The notes: generated by a model from the letters alone, not told the origin. A stretch of DNA of 64,000 bases from an archaeon (GCA_043817075.1 JBDRHG010000004.1:45767-109766); one strand, 5' to 3'. Counted from the first letter of the stretch, positions 1 to 8,765 are shown. Translations and numbers: made by a program.

Positions 1-200
1 ATACGGCGGTATCTTTAGCGGTGCTGACATTAGTGGTAATTATTTTAATCTCGATATTGGCTGACATTTATCAAGATTCTGAGTCAGAGCGTGCAAAGGA
101 AGCACTTAATGATACAATTGATGCAATCAAACCTTTGCCTGACCGCGCTGAAGACATCGTGCGAATTAAGGATATGACAAAGAACAAACCGAAATCTTAG
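1..200 (+). CDS. 3' end of a CDS truncated by the window edge (hypothetical membrane protein fragment)
   Basis: Frame 3 is open from the window edge to TAG at 198-200. Translation ..TAVSLAVLTLVVIILISILADIYQDSESERAKEALNDTIDAIKPLPDRAEDIVRIKDMTKNKPKS has one hydrophobic helix. It is absent from the ORF track because there is no in-window start. Confidence 0.3.
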   Translation, partial: TAVSLAVLTLVVIILISILADIYQDSESERAKEALNDTIDAIKPLPDRAEDIVRIKDMTKNKPKS

Positions 201-529
201 ATATACCCTCTCTGCTTTAACCATATTAGCAGCAACAGGAATATCAATATAAGAAGGACAATTGTCAGAAATTGCGCTGAACCTTTTTTCTTCATCTTCA
301 AACCTTTTAAGATGGCGATTTCAGACCAGATTTTTTTCAATTCTAACTGTGTGTTAATCTGGGCCTTTAATACTTTTACGTCTTCTTCAAGGGTTCTTAG
401 AATTTGGGTTATCGCAACAGCAAGTACGAGAAGCCCCATGGTCACGAAGAGAAGATCATTAGCATACCCTCCATAGAGGGAAACCCCAAATCCCACAATA
501 CTCAGGAGAAGATCCGTGCTTGAAGTCAT
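197..529 (-). CDS. hypothetical small membrane protein with a central coiled-coil-like segment
   Basis: 110-aa ORF starting at ATG. Hydrophobic helices lie at both ends (LLLSIVGFGVSLYGG.., FLTIVLLILIFLLLLIWL) around a charged heptad-like stretch. No family recognised; AT-rich. Confidence 0.4.
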   Translation of the reverse strand: MTSSTDLLLSIVGFGVSLYGGYANDLLFVTMGLLVLAVAITQILRTLEEDVKVLKAQINTQLELKKIWSEIAILKGLKMKKKGSAQFLTIVLLILIFLLLLIWLKQRGYI

Positions 530-593
530 TGATAGTGGTATTCAAGTAACTAATAAAAGCCTTGTGTTCCCTCAACCGGAAATCCTCCCCGAT

Positions 594-606
594 ACATATT
601 TATACA
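594..606 (+). promoter_or_regulatory. TATA-box-like element (acatatttataca) about 21 nt upstream of ATG 627
   Basis: Same box and spacing recur before other first genes in this window. Confidence 0.4.
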
Positions 607-626
607 CTCCAACCTCCCATCCACCC

Positions 627-923
627 ATGCCGTTCTCAAAGGCCTTCCCCAAGCGCTCTGACAAGAGCGCATACCCTGTGTGGGTGGATGTCGAGCTCTC
701 GGAAGAGGAGGAGCGCGCAGTCGACGAATCAGCCCGACAGGAGAACCTACGTCTGATGGACGAATGCTTGAGCGACGCAAAAGAGCTCCTGGTCAAGAGG
801 GGCCTGGTCGGTGAGGACGAGAACATCGTCGCTGCAGGGATCGCGCTTTTCGAGAAGCGTGCCTCTCACGCGGTATACCATAAAGAAAGAAAAGCAAAAG
901 AAAAAATGGGCACTAACCGCTGA
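627..923 (+). CDS. hypothetical acidic protein (98 aa)
   Basis: The ORF track gives 516..923 starting at GTG and overlapping the divergent gene. The internal ATG at 627 sits about 21 nt after a TATA-like box, so the shorter form is preferred. No family recognised. Confidence 0.4.
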   Translation: MPFSKAFPKRSDKSAYPVWVDVELSEEEERAVDESARQENLRLMDECLSDAKELLVKRGLVGEDENIVAAGIALFEKRASHAVYHKERKAKEKMGTNR

Positions 924-1755
924 CGGTATCCGTCGTGTCTATCCACTCGATCTCTTCGTGTTCCATCTCGGTCTGCTCGACCTTGTTGAAGGTCATGTCG
1001 CGGTATTCATACGTACCGGAATCGGCTTCCACTTTCATCGGCAGACCATAGTATGCTTCCACCCACATCTTCCCGTTGGTGCCGTCCGGCGTCTTGAAGT
1101 CGATGATGAGCGCATTCCTGTTGTTGATGGTCTCTGAGCCCAGTTCTTTGGCATAGCTCACCAGCCCAGCCCAATCCATAGGGCTCGTCTTGAGGAACCG
1201 TTCCGTGGGTATGGTGATCTTCTCATTGGGCGAAGTGCAGATGCCTTTCTTGATGTCTTCACAGAAACCCGCCGCGAGCGAATTGCCGAGCGCGCCGTAC
1301 ATGACGGTCATCGGCTTGTCCCCGTCTGTGATATATTCGAACAGCTCGACCTTGTATTTGCGGTTGAGGATGTGGTAGCGGTCACCATCTTGGACCTCGT
1401 CCGGTGTGTAGAGCGTATACGATACGCCGCCGGTGAATGCGGCACCGCTTTCAAGGAGTTCGAAGAGCTCCTCATCACCCTCTTTGACCACAGGTTCGGT
1501 CGGTTCGGTCTCCGCAGGAGGGGTCTCCGGTTCAGGCGGTTCCATCTCGAGCGGCGGCTCCGGTTCGACCTCCGGTTCAGGCATCGGCGTGGGTTCCGGT
1601 TCGGTAGCGGCTTCGGACGGGTCCGTGGTGACGCATTGCGTCGGTGATGATACGATTGACCCGTCCGGACAGACGTATTCCTTTTGGCCGCAGCCTGCGA
1701 GCAGCAGTGCCGCGATGATGAGCAGAATCGTGATATGTTTCGATCTCATGGTCAT
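913..1755 (-). CDS. secreted lipoprotein with a Pro/Glu-rich linker
   Basis: N-terminus MTMRSKHITILLIIAALLLAGCGQ has a signal peptide plus a lipobox-like LAGC. A long PEPEPTPMPEPEVEPEPP.. linker is followed by a globular C-terminal domain. A 4-nt ATGA overlap couples it to the upstream gene. Confidence 0.6.
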   Translation of the reverse strand: MTMRSKHITILLIIAALLLAGCGQKEYVCPDGSIVSSPTQCVTTDPSEAATEPEPTPMPEPEVEPEPPLEMEPPEPETPPAETEPTEPVVKEGDEELFELLESGAAFTGGVSYTLYTPDEVQDGDRYHILNRKYKVELFEYITDGDKPMTVMYGALGNSLAAGFCEDIKKGICTSPNEKITIPTERFLKTSPMDWAGLVSYAKELGSETINNRNALIIDFKTPDGTNGKMWVEAYYGLPMKVEADSGTYEYRDMTFNKVEQTEMEHEEIEWIDTTDTVSG

Positions 1756-2162
1756 GTCCTCTTCTTCGTTTTCTTCTTTGTGGCTTTGGGTCTGGCCGTC
1801 TTTTTCTTGGCGGTCTTCTTCTTCGTCACCTTTGCCTTGACCGCTTTCTTCTTCTTTCTCTCGGCTGGTGCTTTTTTCACCTTCAAGGGGGCCTTTTGCG
1901 TAGCCCTAGCAGGCCTGATGCGTAACGCTCTCGATATGCGGGGTTTCCGTCTCGCTTCATGGGCGAGGGCGGCCTCCCGTCGGAGCATGAGGTCGGCTTC
2001 GGCCTTGCTGAGCCGGATGAGCGAGGCCACGAACAGGATCAGGAAGAACAGGGCGAACGTAAAGCCCCATTCAGGCCACCAGTTGTAGATTGTGAAGACT
2101 GAGATGAAAAACCCGATGATAGATACAAGCATCATGCCGGAAGCGGCAGGGTTCCTTCGCAT
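1752..2162 (-). CDS. small membrane protein with a lysine-rich (H1-like) C-terminal tail
   Basis: Two hydrophobic helices (GMMLVSIIGFFISVF.., FTFALFFLILFVASLI) are followed by KKKKAVKAKVTKKKTAKKKTARPKATKKKTKKRT. Confidence 0.5.
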   Translation of the reverse strand: MRRNPAASGMMLVSIIGFFISVFTIYNWWPEWGFTFALFFLILFVASLIRLSKAEADLMLRREAALAHEARRKPRISRALRIRPARATQKAPLKVKKAPAERKKKKAVKAKVTKKKTAKKKTARPKATKKKTKKRT

Positions 2163-2227
2163 AGAGAATCACCTCTTTTTATAACGGGCTGAGAAGTCTG
2201 GTCATTAATTAATGTTTCGTCGAGAAC

Positions 2228-3343
2228 CTAGTCCCTGACGATGAACTCGTCGAGGCGTTTCTTGGCCTCTTCTCTCTTCCGCTGGTGTTCCTCGAGGAAT
2301 GTGGTCAGCTTCTCGACGAGGAGCATCTTGATCTCGCCGGTGAGCATCTTGCCGGACTTATAGTCGTCGTGGATGGCCTTGAGCTTGTCGTCATCCTCCT
2401 CGAAGAACGTGAGGTATTGGTAGGGGATGTCGATGTCGGGGTTGCCGCCCAGACGGCGATGCTCTTCCATGGTGGGTTGTCCCCCGGAGAACGCGTTTTT
2501 GAGGATCTTCTTCTTCACCGTCTTCGCGTCGTCGGTGGTGTAGATGGCGCTGGAGGGATCGCTGGCCGACATCTTGCCGCCTTCGCCCAGTCCAGGGAGG
2601 AATCGGCAATGGATCGCGGCGGGTTTCGGATAGCCGAGCTTTGGGATGATGTCGCGGGCCACGCGGAAATGCGGATCCTGATCGATGGCATACGGAATGA
2701 GCACGGGCGTGGGCTTGCCGTTGATGATGCTGGGCAGGAATGCCGGTACCGCCTGCATCGAGGTGAAGAATATCTGTCCGACATTGCTCTCGTTCTTGAA
2801 CCCGAACACGGCCTTGGTGGTGGAGAAGGTCAGCTTCTTGGCCACCTTGATGGCTTCCCGATAGAGTGTCTTGGCGTAGTCGGTGTTGACGAATATCTTG
2901 GTCTTCTTGGGGTCGAAGCCCACCGCGATGATGTCCAGCGCGTTCTCATATGCGAGGCGATTGGTCTCCTCGAGCGTGAGATTGGGGTTGAACAGGAATT
3001 TCTCATCGTCGGTGAGCTGGAAGTAGAGCTCAGCGTCAAATGTGTCCTGCAGCCATTTGGTGAACATCCAGGGGATGAGATGGCCGAGATGGGTATTTCC
3101 TGACGGGCCTCTGCCGGTGTATAGCGTGAACCGGTTTCCCTTCTCGTATTCGTCCAGCAGCCAATTGAGGTCGCGGTGGGAGAAGAAATGCCTGCGGCGT
3201 AAGAAGGTGTGCAACCCACCGGCAAGTTTGTCGATTCGTTCCAACAGCTTGTCGTCGATCTTCTCGGTGCCGAACTCGGCGATGAGCTTGTTGTAGTCGA
3301 CGTCTCCCCGTACTTCCCATGGCGTCACGATGAATTTTGGCAT
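2228..3343 (-). CDS. trpS: tryptophanyl-tRNA synthetase, archaeal/eukaryotic type
   Basis: HIGH-type motif GRGPSGNTHLGH and a KMSAS motif. N-terminal VTPWEV.GDVDYNKLI and C-terminal YLTFFEEDDDKL..YKSGKMLTGEIK blocks are typical of eukaryotic/archaeal TrpRS. Confidence 0.93.
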   Translation of the reverse strand: MPKFIVTPWEVRGDVDYNKLIAEFGTEKIDDKLLERIDKLAGGLHTFLRRRHFFSHRDLNWLLDEYEKGNRFTLYTGRGPSGNTHLGHLIPWMFTKWLQDTFDAELYFQLTDDEKFLFNPNLTLEETNRLAYENALDIIAVGFDPKKTKIFVNTDYAKTLYREAIKVAKKLTFSTTKAVFGFKNESNVGQIFFTSMQAVPAFLPSIINGKPTPVLIPYAIDQDPHFRVARDIIPKLGYPKPAAIHCRFLPGLGEGGKMSASDPSSAIYTTDDAKTVKKKILKNAFSGGQPTMEEHRRLGGNPDIDIPYQYLTFFEEDDDKLKAIHDDYKSGKMLTGEIKMLLVEKLTTFLEEHQRKREEAKKRLDEFIVRD

Positions 3344-3394
3344 GGTCCTGCGAAGCCCATCCTTTATAAAAACGTTTGGGAAAAGGCATTGGGT

Positions 3395-4867
3395 TCACAT
3401 AGGGATGATAAAATATGAGCTCCATTCCTTGCCTGCTATATCAGCCGCTCTCTTGAAGTTGAACGCTTGCTGAAGAATCTGTCGGTTATCGAGTCGGCCC
3501 CATTCTCGCATCTGTTCAGACTCATATCTTGACCCTTCGATTATTCTCAATCTCGGAGAATAGATGTGGGTTCCTTTGGGGAGCTGTTTGATGAGTTCGA
3601 TCGATTTTTGTTCATGGCTTTCCTGATAGATTGTTCCACCTAGTCCGAGCATGATGTTGGCGCTCGGCAATATTCCCGCATCTAGCAATTTTTCGCATGC
3701 TTCGATGACTTCTGTGATATCAAGATTTTTCTCGATGCTGTTCACAAGCTCTTGATCCCCACTCTCAGCGCCTAGATTCACACCCAACAGGTACGGTGCA
3801 AGCCTTTCCAGGTCCGTGAAATCTATCTTAAGGATCGATTTAGGATGGGCGAATGCATAAGCAAAGCCACTCTTCTTCATGTCAGAATTCATGTCGTTCT
3901 TGATGGTGAATCTTTCTCGCGCATACACCAGCACCTGTTCGAGCGTGTCAGCATCTTGGACAAAGGCATCGCTGTGAAGAAGAGATATTCTGTTGATGTG
4001 GTCAACTTCCTCGCCGTAGAATGCGGCACTGAGATCGATTTGTTCCTTTATCTCGTCGAGTCCTAATTTCCTATACGTGCCTCGTTCATAGAACGCGCAG
4101 TCGGTGCAGTCATGTTGGCAGCCTTCCATCACGACGACAGGGGCGGCATGGTAATGTTCGTACAGCAACTCAGGCTGCATGACCGGTATGGGCCCTCCCA
4201 ATATGTCGTGCAGTTCCTGAAAATGGGTCCGCGCGTCTCGAGAATCCTGGTTCAGGATTTTAAGCATGTATTCTGATTCTCTCGGATCAAGGTCTGCTAG
4301 GGCAAGGCTATGATGTAGCTCCACCTTTTGCGTGTCCAACACAACAGTGTCGATGAACCGGTTCTTCTCAGCATCGAGAACTTCGGGGAAGTAGGAAAGG
4401 GTGTGGTGTTTGTGTTCTGGCATTTCTGAGAGTCCAGGCTCAAACATGAAATCGATCGGATGCAGTTGGAGCCAGGTCCCGGTGATGGTCCTGTTGAAGC
4501 TGATGTAATCTTGAGGATTTTTCTCCCTGATGATCTTGTGACCCATCTCGGATGGAGCGAAGTACGTCTCGTTCGCGATGATGTGTACAGGATATCCATG
4601 GCTGTCATGGTACACCACCAATTTTGCAGGATGTCTGGTGAGGTTTTTCTTCGTCTTGGATTGGAACTCGATCCTCATCACCCGTCCTCCAGGATTGTCA
4701 GGAAATTCTAGAAAATCATATTCGCCAGGAAGGAGGCTGTTGAGATCGAATCTATTGAGGTCGATCGATTCCGGATCTCGTGGAGGAATAGGTTCGACCA
4801 AAATGGTGTGTTTTGACTGAGTGCTATCTGTCAGTCTCGCTCTCTTATCCAGTATTAGATCCAACAT
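3395..4867 (-). CDS. radical SAM domain protein with an unrecognised N-terminal half of about 240 aa
   Basis: CX3CX2C cluster motif (GCQHDCTDCAF) near residue 250. Downstream GAESG and IMLGLGG segments are consistent with a radical SAM TIM barrel. The N-terminal half has no motif I recognise. Confidence 0.7.
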   Translation of the reverse strand: MLDLILDKRARLTDSTQSKHTILVEPIPPRDPESIDLNRFDLNSLLPGEYDFLEFPDNPGGRVMRIEFQSKTKKNLTRHPAKLVVYHDSHGYPVHIIANETYFAPSEMGHKIIREKNPQDYISFNRTITGTWLQLHPIDFMFEPGLSEMPEHKHHTLSYFPEVLDAEKNRFIDTVVLDTQKVELHHSLALADLDPRESEYMLKILNQDSRDARTHFQELHDILGGPIPVMQPELLYEHYHAAPVVVMEGCQHDCTDCAFYERGTYRKLGLDEIKEQIDLSAAFYGEEVDHINRISLLHSDAFVQDADTLEQVLVYARERFTIKNDMNSDMKKSGFAYAFAHPKSILKIDFTDLERLAPYLLGVNLGAESGDQELVNSIEKNLDITEVIEACEKLLDAGILPSANIMLGLGGTIYQESHEQKSIELIKQLPKGTHIYSPRLRIIEGSRYESEQMREWGRLDNRQILQQAFNFKRAADIAGKEWSSYFIIPM

Positions 4868-4934
4868 CTAGATTCACTCGAGAGTGGTCAAAGTCTATAT
4901 ATAAGCCTTTTGAGGAAAACTAGTGACGAACCGT

Positions 4935-4948
4935 CATTATTATATACA
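4935..4948 (+). promoter_or_regulatory. TATA-box-like element (cattattatataca) about 22 nt upstream of ATG 4970
   Basis: AT-rich box with the recurrent spacing to the start codon. Confidence 0.4.
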
Positions 4949-4969
4949 TCACAGTCCCATGCTTCGCTG

Positions 4970-5914
4970 ATGAAACACACCATCAATGTTTCCCTTCTCC
5001 TGGTCCTCATCTTCCTCGCGGCCCAGTTCATGGGCCTTTTCATCGTCTCCGAATATATCGACATCGACTCCACATCGGAGACCGGCAAGACCGTTTTGAA
5101 CGAGGAGCTCTATGTGCTCGAGCCTCCACGGGTGGAGAACGAGTCATTGTCCTACATCTGGATATTTGCCATCATCATCTTCGGGACCCTGCTTGTGCTC
5201 TTGCTCATCCGTTTCCGCCAGCGCACCATGTGGAAATATTGGTTCCTCATGTCGGTCGTGGTCTCGCTGACCATGGCATTCGTGCCTATCGTGACACGTA
5301 TGCTCAATGTGTTCCCTCAGGAAACACTCTCAGCAGCGCCGACGATCGCTTTCATCGTAGCCATCCTGTTGGGGTCCTGGAAGGTATTCCGTCCCAATCC
5401 CTTTGTGCACAACTTCACCGAGATCTTCCTCTATGGCGGCATCGCGGCATTGCTCGTTCCGGTCATCAACCTGGCATCAGGCATAGTCCTCCTCCTGCTC
5501 ATCTCTGCATATGACATGTTCGCGGTATGGCAATCCACGCACATGGTCAAGATGGCCAACTTCCAGACCGACTCCAAGCTCTTCGCCGGGCTTTCCATCC
5601 CCTATTCGAAGACCGCCCATAAGCGGGTCAAGCATCCGAAGGGATTGCCCGCTCCTCCCCGGCCGCCGAAAGGCATGGACGCAAAGGTCCGCACGGCGAT
5701 CCTCGGCGGGGGAGACATCGCGTTTCCGCTCCTGTTCTCAAGCGCGGTGATGAAGCACACCGGAGGATTCGGTGCGCCTTTCCTGGTCACCATCTTCGCC
5801 GCCGGAGCCCTCTTCCTCCTGCTCTACTACTCTGAGAAGAACAAGTTCTATCCGGCCATGCCTTTCATCTCAGCAGGATGCTTCGTCGGTTACTTCCTAT
5901 CATTGTTGCTGTGA
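4970..5914 (+). CDS. presenilin / signal-peptide-peptidase-like intramembrane aspartyl protease (A22 family)
   Basis: Polytopic membrane protein with the paired catalytic motifs YD (ISAYDMFAVW) and GxGD (LGGGDIAFPL), plus a PAL-like YPAMPF near the C-terminus. The ORF track start at 4910 is TTG; the ATG at 4970 (MKHTINVSLLL..) is preferred. Confidence 0.8.
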   Translation: MKHTINVSLLLVLIFLAAQFMGLFIVSEYIDIDSTSETGKTVLNEELYVLEPPRVENESLSYIWIFAIIIFGTLLVLLLIRFRQRTMWKYWFLMSVVVSLTMAFVPIVTRMLNVFPQETLSAAPTIAFIVAILLGSWKVFRPNPFVHNFTEIFLYGGIAALLVPVINLASGIVLLLLISAYDMFAVWQSTHMVKMANFQTDSKLFAGLSIPYSKTAHKRVKHPKGLPAPPRPPKGMDAKVRTAILGGGDIAFPLLFSSAVMKHTGGFGAPFLVTIFAAGALFLLLYYSEKNKFYPAMPFISAGCFVGYFLSLLL

Positions 5915-5930
5915 GTGTGCCTTGTTAGCT

Positions 5931-6410
5931 CTATAAAATTTCAAGGTGCGTGAGTCTGAGGTAGCTGGGGTTGCGAAATGTGTTTATATTTTTCGGAGCA
6001 CATCTCTCGTAGACGTCCGTAATGTTATTTTGGATCTGAGAATCTTCTTCTGTGAGGTCGATGATGAATGCTTGTGTTGTTTTGATTCCTCGATTCACCA
6101 ACACCAGACCTCTCATGTGCCCTATAACAATATACATTTGGCACTCTGGGTAGTTGAGCTTAACCGCTGTGACTGGTGTCTCTAGAAATTCTGCGACGCG
6201 TTTTTCGTAGTCAAAGGGAACCGCGTATTGGGTCGGGATGACGTTCTTGAGTTTGATCTTTGAAGTGTATATATGAGGTGGTTTGGCCAGATCAAACGTT
6301 TCTTGGAGCCATGCAGCATACCCCTTAGTACTCATGCAACCGATCTGTTTGCTTACTTTCTCGTCTAATCCGAGCATAGATTCCAAGTCAAGAGAGCCAT
6401 TATCGGTCAT
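5931..6410 (-). CDS. hypothetical protein, possibly ParB/sulfiredoxin-like fold
   Basis: 159-aa ORF in a visibly AT-rich patch. The segment IKLKNVIPTQYAV...YIVIGHMRGLVLVNRG loosely resembles the ParB-like nuclease core (..DGHHR..). Weak assignment. Confidence 0.35.
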   Translation of the reverse strand: MTDNGSLDLESMLGLDEKVSKQIGCMSTKGYAAWLQETFDLAKPPHIYTSKIKLKNVIPTQYAVPFDYEKRVAEFLETPVTAVKLNYPECQMYIVIGHMRGLVLVNRGIKTTQAFIIDLTEEDSQIQNNITDVYERCAPKNINTFRNPSYLRLTHLEIL

Positions 6411-6535
6411 GACTACTTTGGTGTGGTAGTTCTACTATAAGATGTTTCTGGTTGTCGCTCAGTTCCGCTTATGTAAGAATTCATCTCTCGTCGATTTATT
6501 CGTTGTTCGAGGACTCTGTTGCTGTCATCTTTTTG

Positions 6536-7354
6536 TTAATCTCTGTACAGATTCAGCGTCTTGGTCCGTAGGCCAGCAGAATACGATACCGGATTGATGG
6601 CCAGCCCGTCGGTCGCCACGATGGTCTGTACCTTGGTGGACTTCTGTATGGTCCGGGCGGCATCCAACGGATCGCTGTCGAGCAGCTTGACACCGAAATG
6701 CGTTATGATGGCAAGCTTGGGATCGATCTCTCCGATAAGCTTGGTGGCATCGTCCACATTGAGATTGCCTTCCTGGTTCTCGCCTGCCGCATGTTTGACG
6801 CACAGCACCATGATGTCCGTCTCCTTGTATTCTTGGGCGAGCTCTTTGGTGTAATTCGTGTCTCCGGTGTATCCGAGCGTGAACTTGTCGGTGAAGAACT
6901 TGAATCCCACTGCGGACTCGTCGGTGTGATGCGCCCGGGTGACCAGGATCTCGGCAGTGTTGATGCCGAGGCGTTGCTCAGCTTCGATCTGGATGGCGCG
7001 CTCGATGAATCGTAGATAGTGACGGCAGAGGAATGTCTCATGTGCTTGCCCATTGCCGATGACGCTCTTTGCCGCGACCAGCACTCCTCGAGGATCGAGG
7101 CCGCCATGCGTCATGGCCGATATCACGGCGTTGATGTCGTTGGCATGGTTGAGATGGTTATGCGAGACGAAGACCGCAGTGGTCTCGCGGAGGTTGATGC
7201 CTGCGGCCTTGGCCATGTTCAGGGTGCCAGGTCCGGGATCGATGACGAATTGGTTGTCTGGCATCTGGATGATAAGGGCTCCAGAAGCTCTGCTTTGGGC
7301 GCCCACGACCTGGGCGTCGCCACCTGTGCCTAAGAAGAGGATACGCGGCCTCAT
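6536..7354 (-). CDS. metallo-beta-lactamase-fold hydrolase (RNase Z-like size)
   Basis: N-terminal ILFLGTGG.. and a histidine motif VFVSHNHLNHAND (HxHxNH variant of HxHxDH). Later H/D residues (THFG) are typical of the MBL fold. Confidence 0.75.
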   Translation of the reverse strand: MRPRILFLGTGGDAQVVGAQSRASGALIIQMPDNQFVIDPGPGTLNMAKAAGINLRETTAVFVSHNHLNHANDINAVISAMTHGGLDPRGVLVAAKSVIGNGQAHETFLCRHYLRFIERAIQIEAEQRLGINTAEILVTRAHHTDESAVGFKFFTDKFTLGYTGDTNYTKELAQEYKETDIMVLCVKHAAGENQEGNLNVDDATKLIGEIDPKLAIITHFGVKLLDSDPLDAARTIQKSTKVQTIVATDGLAINPVSYSAGLRTKTLNLYRD

Positions 7355-7396
7355 GCTGCGACAGAGAGCCGGGACGTTAATAAACGTTTGCTTTTG

Positions 7397-8461
7397 TCAG
7401 ATGCTAACCCCGAATGCTCTTGCGACGAGTATGATGTCCATCACGCTGACCGAACAGTCACCATCGACATCCTCGGTTAATCCAGGGCATGGCCGAGGGG
7501 GATTGGTCTCGTTCAGCGGATCCGAATCCGTGCCGCCGCCGGCATGGATGAACAGTCCGATAGAATCAGAGAACGAAGGCAGGGTCATCGAGAGGCTCGT
7601 TCCGCTCACAGTGTCAGTCCTCAAGATATCTCCTGTGGTAGGTTCGATCCATTCGATCGTGTGCTCCTCTGATGCGAGTCCGACAACATCGATGGTCGCC
7701 GCCGTGCCTCCCGACACATGCCAGAGGTAGCTGAACAGCCTGCTGCTGTCTTCGCTCATGACCGCGTAGTCCTTGATGTCGCTTCCGGTCGTGCTCAATG
7801 CGCCATCCGCATTCGCAAAACCCATCTCTCCGAAACCCACTCGTCCGAGGACCTTGGAGATGGCGAGATAATAGTCGAGCTCCGCTTCGTACGGCGGAGG
7901 TGGACTGAGCCGTCCCCTGCCCAGATATGCGTTCCGGCACCTCCCGACGCATAGGTGATCTATAAAGTATGCATGGTCGCGGTGGAGACCGTCGCGACGT
8001 CTCTGTCCAACCGGAACTCTCCGACATAGACGGGCTTGTCCAACGAGAGCGAGTCCTTTATCCTGGAATGGATCGTGTCCAAAGCAGTCTCCATGTCACC
8101 TTCATAATACCTGACTGATATCCCGTCGATGTGCTCGACGAGATGTGTATAGCTCCCTCCAGTGAACGACACCCACGTGTTCGCCTGGACCAAGAGCGGA
8201 TGGGTATTGTCCAGGCTCCGGACATGCGGCTCCATCATATCCATCCATGTCCTTGAAGAAATCGTCTGCCCATTGGTTGTATTCGGCCTCGGTATTGATG
8301 CCTGTCGGCCATCGGTTCCCTATCATGAAATAGTTGATGCCGTTCATGGTATAGGTCGATCCGTCATCCATGTAGTACTTTCCGTTGGAGGATGTGGGCA
8401 TCGCAAAGGCAGACGCCGAGAACAGGACAAACAGGACTATCAACAGGAGCCTCTTTTTCAT
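7397..8461 (-). pseudogene. frameshifted secreted clan-A glycoside-hydrolase-like protein with a C-terminal dockerin-like repeat
   Basis: Three consecutive same-strand ORF fragments in frames 1/0/1. The first (8461..8102) has a Sec signal peptide, MKKRLLLIVLFVLFSASAFA. The second (8244..7960) contains ..KPVYVGEF.., like a GH-A nucleophile motif. The third (open from before 7960 to 7397) ends in DVDGDCSVSVMDIILVARAFG, dockerin/EF-hand-like. The first junction lies in a GATG-repeat (ggatggatatgatgg). Confidence 0.55.
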
Positions 8462-8536
8462 GGGTGTCGCCTCTTGGTATCACTTTGAGAGTATCGATAT
8501 TTAATCATATCTTTTTTCCCGCTCGCGGCTTCTGAT

Positions 8537-8669
8537 TCTGAAAATGGGTTTCATACCCCGTTCTTCAGAGTGTGGTCCATTTTCAGACCAGAAATTCCAC
8601 CTGTTCGATGCGAGGAGCAGGATACCCTGACCTTATAGGTCGGGGTAGCTCCGAGCGGTGGAATTTCTG
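8537..8669. other. two adjacent perfect hairpins (possible small structured RNA or MITE-like palindrome)
   Basis: An 11-bp stem pairs 8537-8547 with 8577-8587 (tctgaaaatgg/ccattttcaga). A 13-bp stem pairs 8589-8601 with 8657-8669 (cagaaattccacc/ggtggaatttctg) and encloses further nested pairing (ggagc..gctcc, ccctgacc..ggtcgggg). No ORF. Confidence 0.3.
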
Positions 8670-8757
8670 ATTTCGCTCCGATGTTCCGATGTTCCTCTAT
8701 TTATAAACGGTAATATGCCCAACATAGGCCTTCCCATCCTGCCAAGATGAGCATACA

Positions 8758-8765
8758 TTTTTAAA
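8758..8765 (+). promoter_or_regulatory. TATA box (tttttaaa) about 25 nt upstream of the SRP RNA 5' end
   Basis: Position and composition fit an archaeal promoter for the RNA gene starting near 8788. Confidence 0.5.

Noticed and set aside
1433-1840. 135-aa Ser/Gly-rich ORF antisense to the lipoprotein gene
   Set aside because: It is the mirror image of the Pro/Glu-rich linker codons, and the lipoprotein frame has a signal peptide and lipobox.
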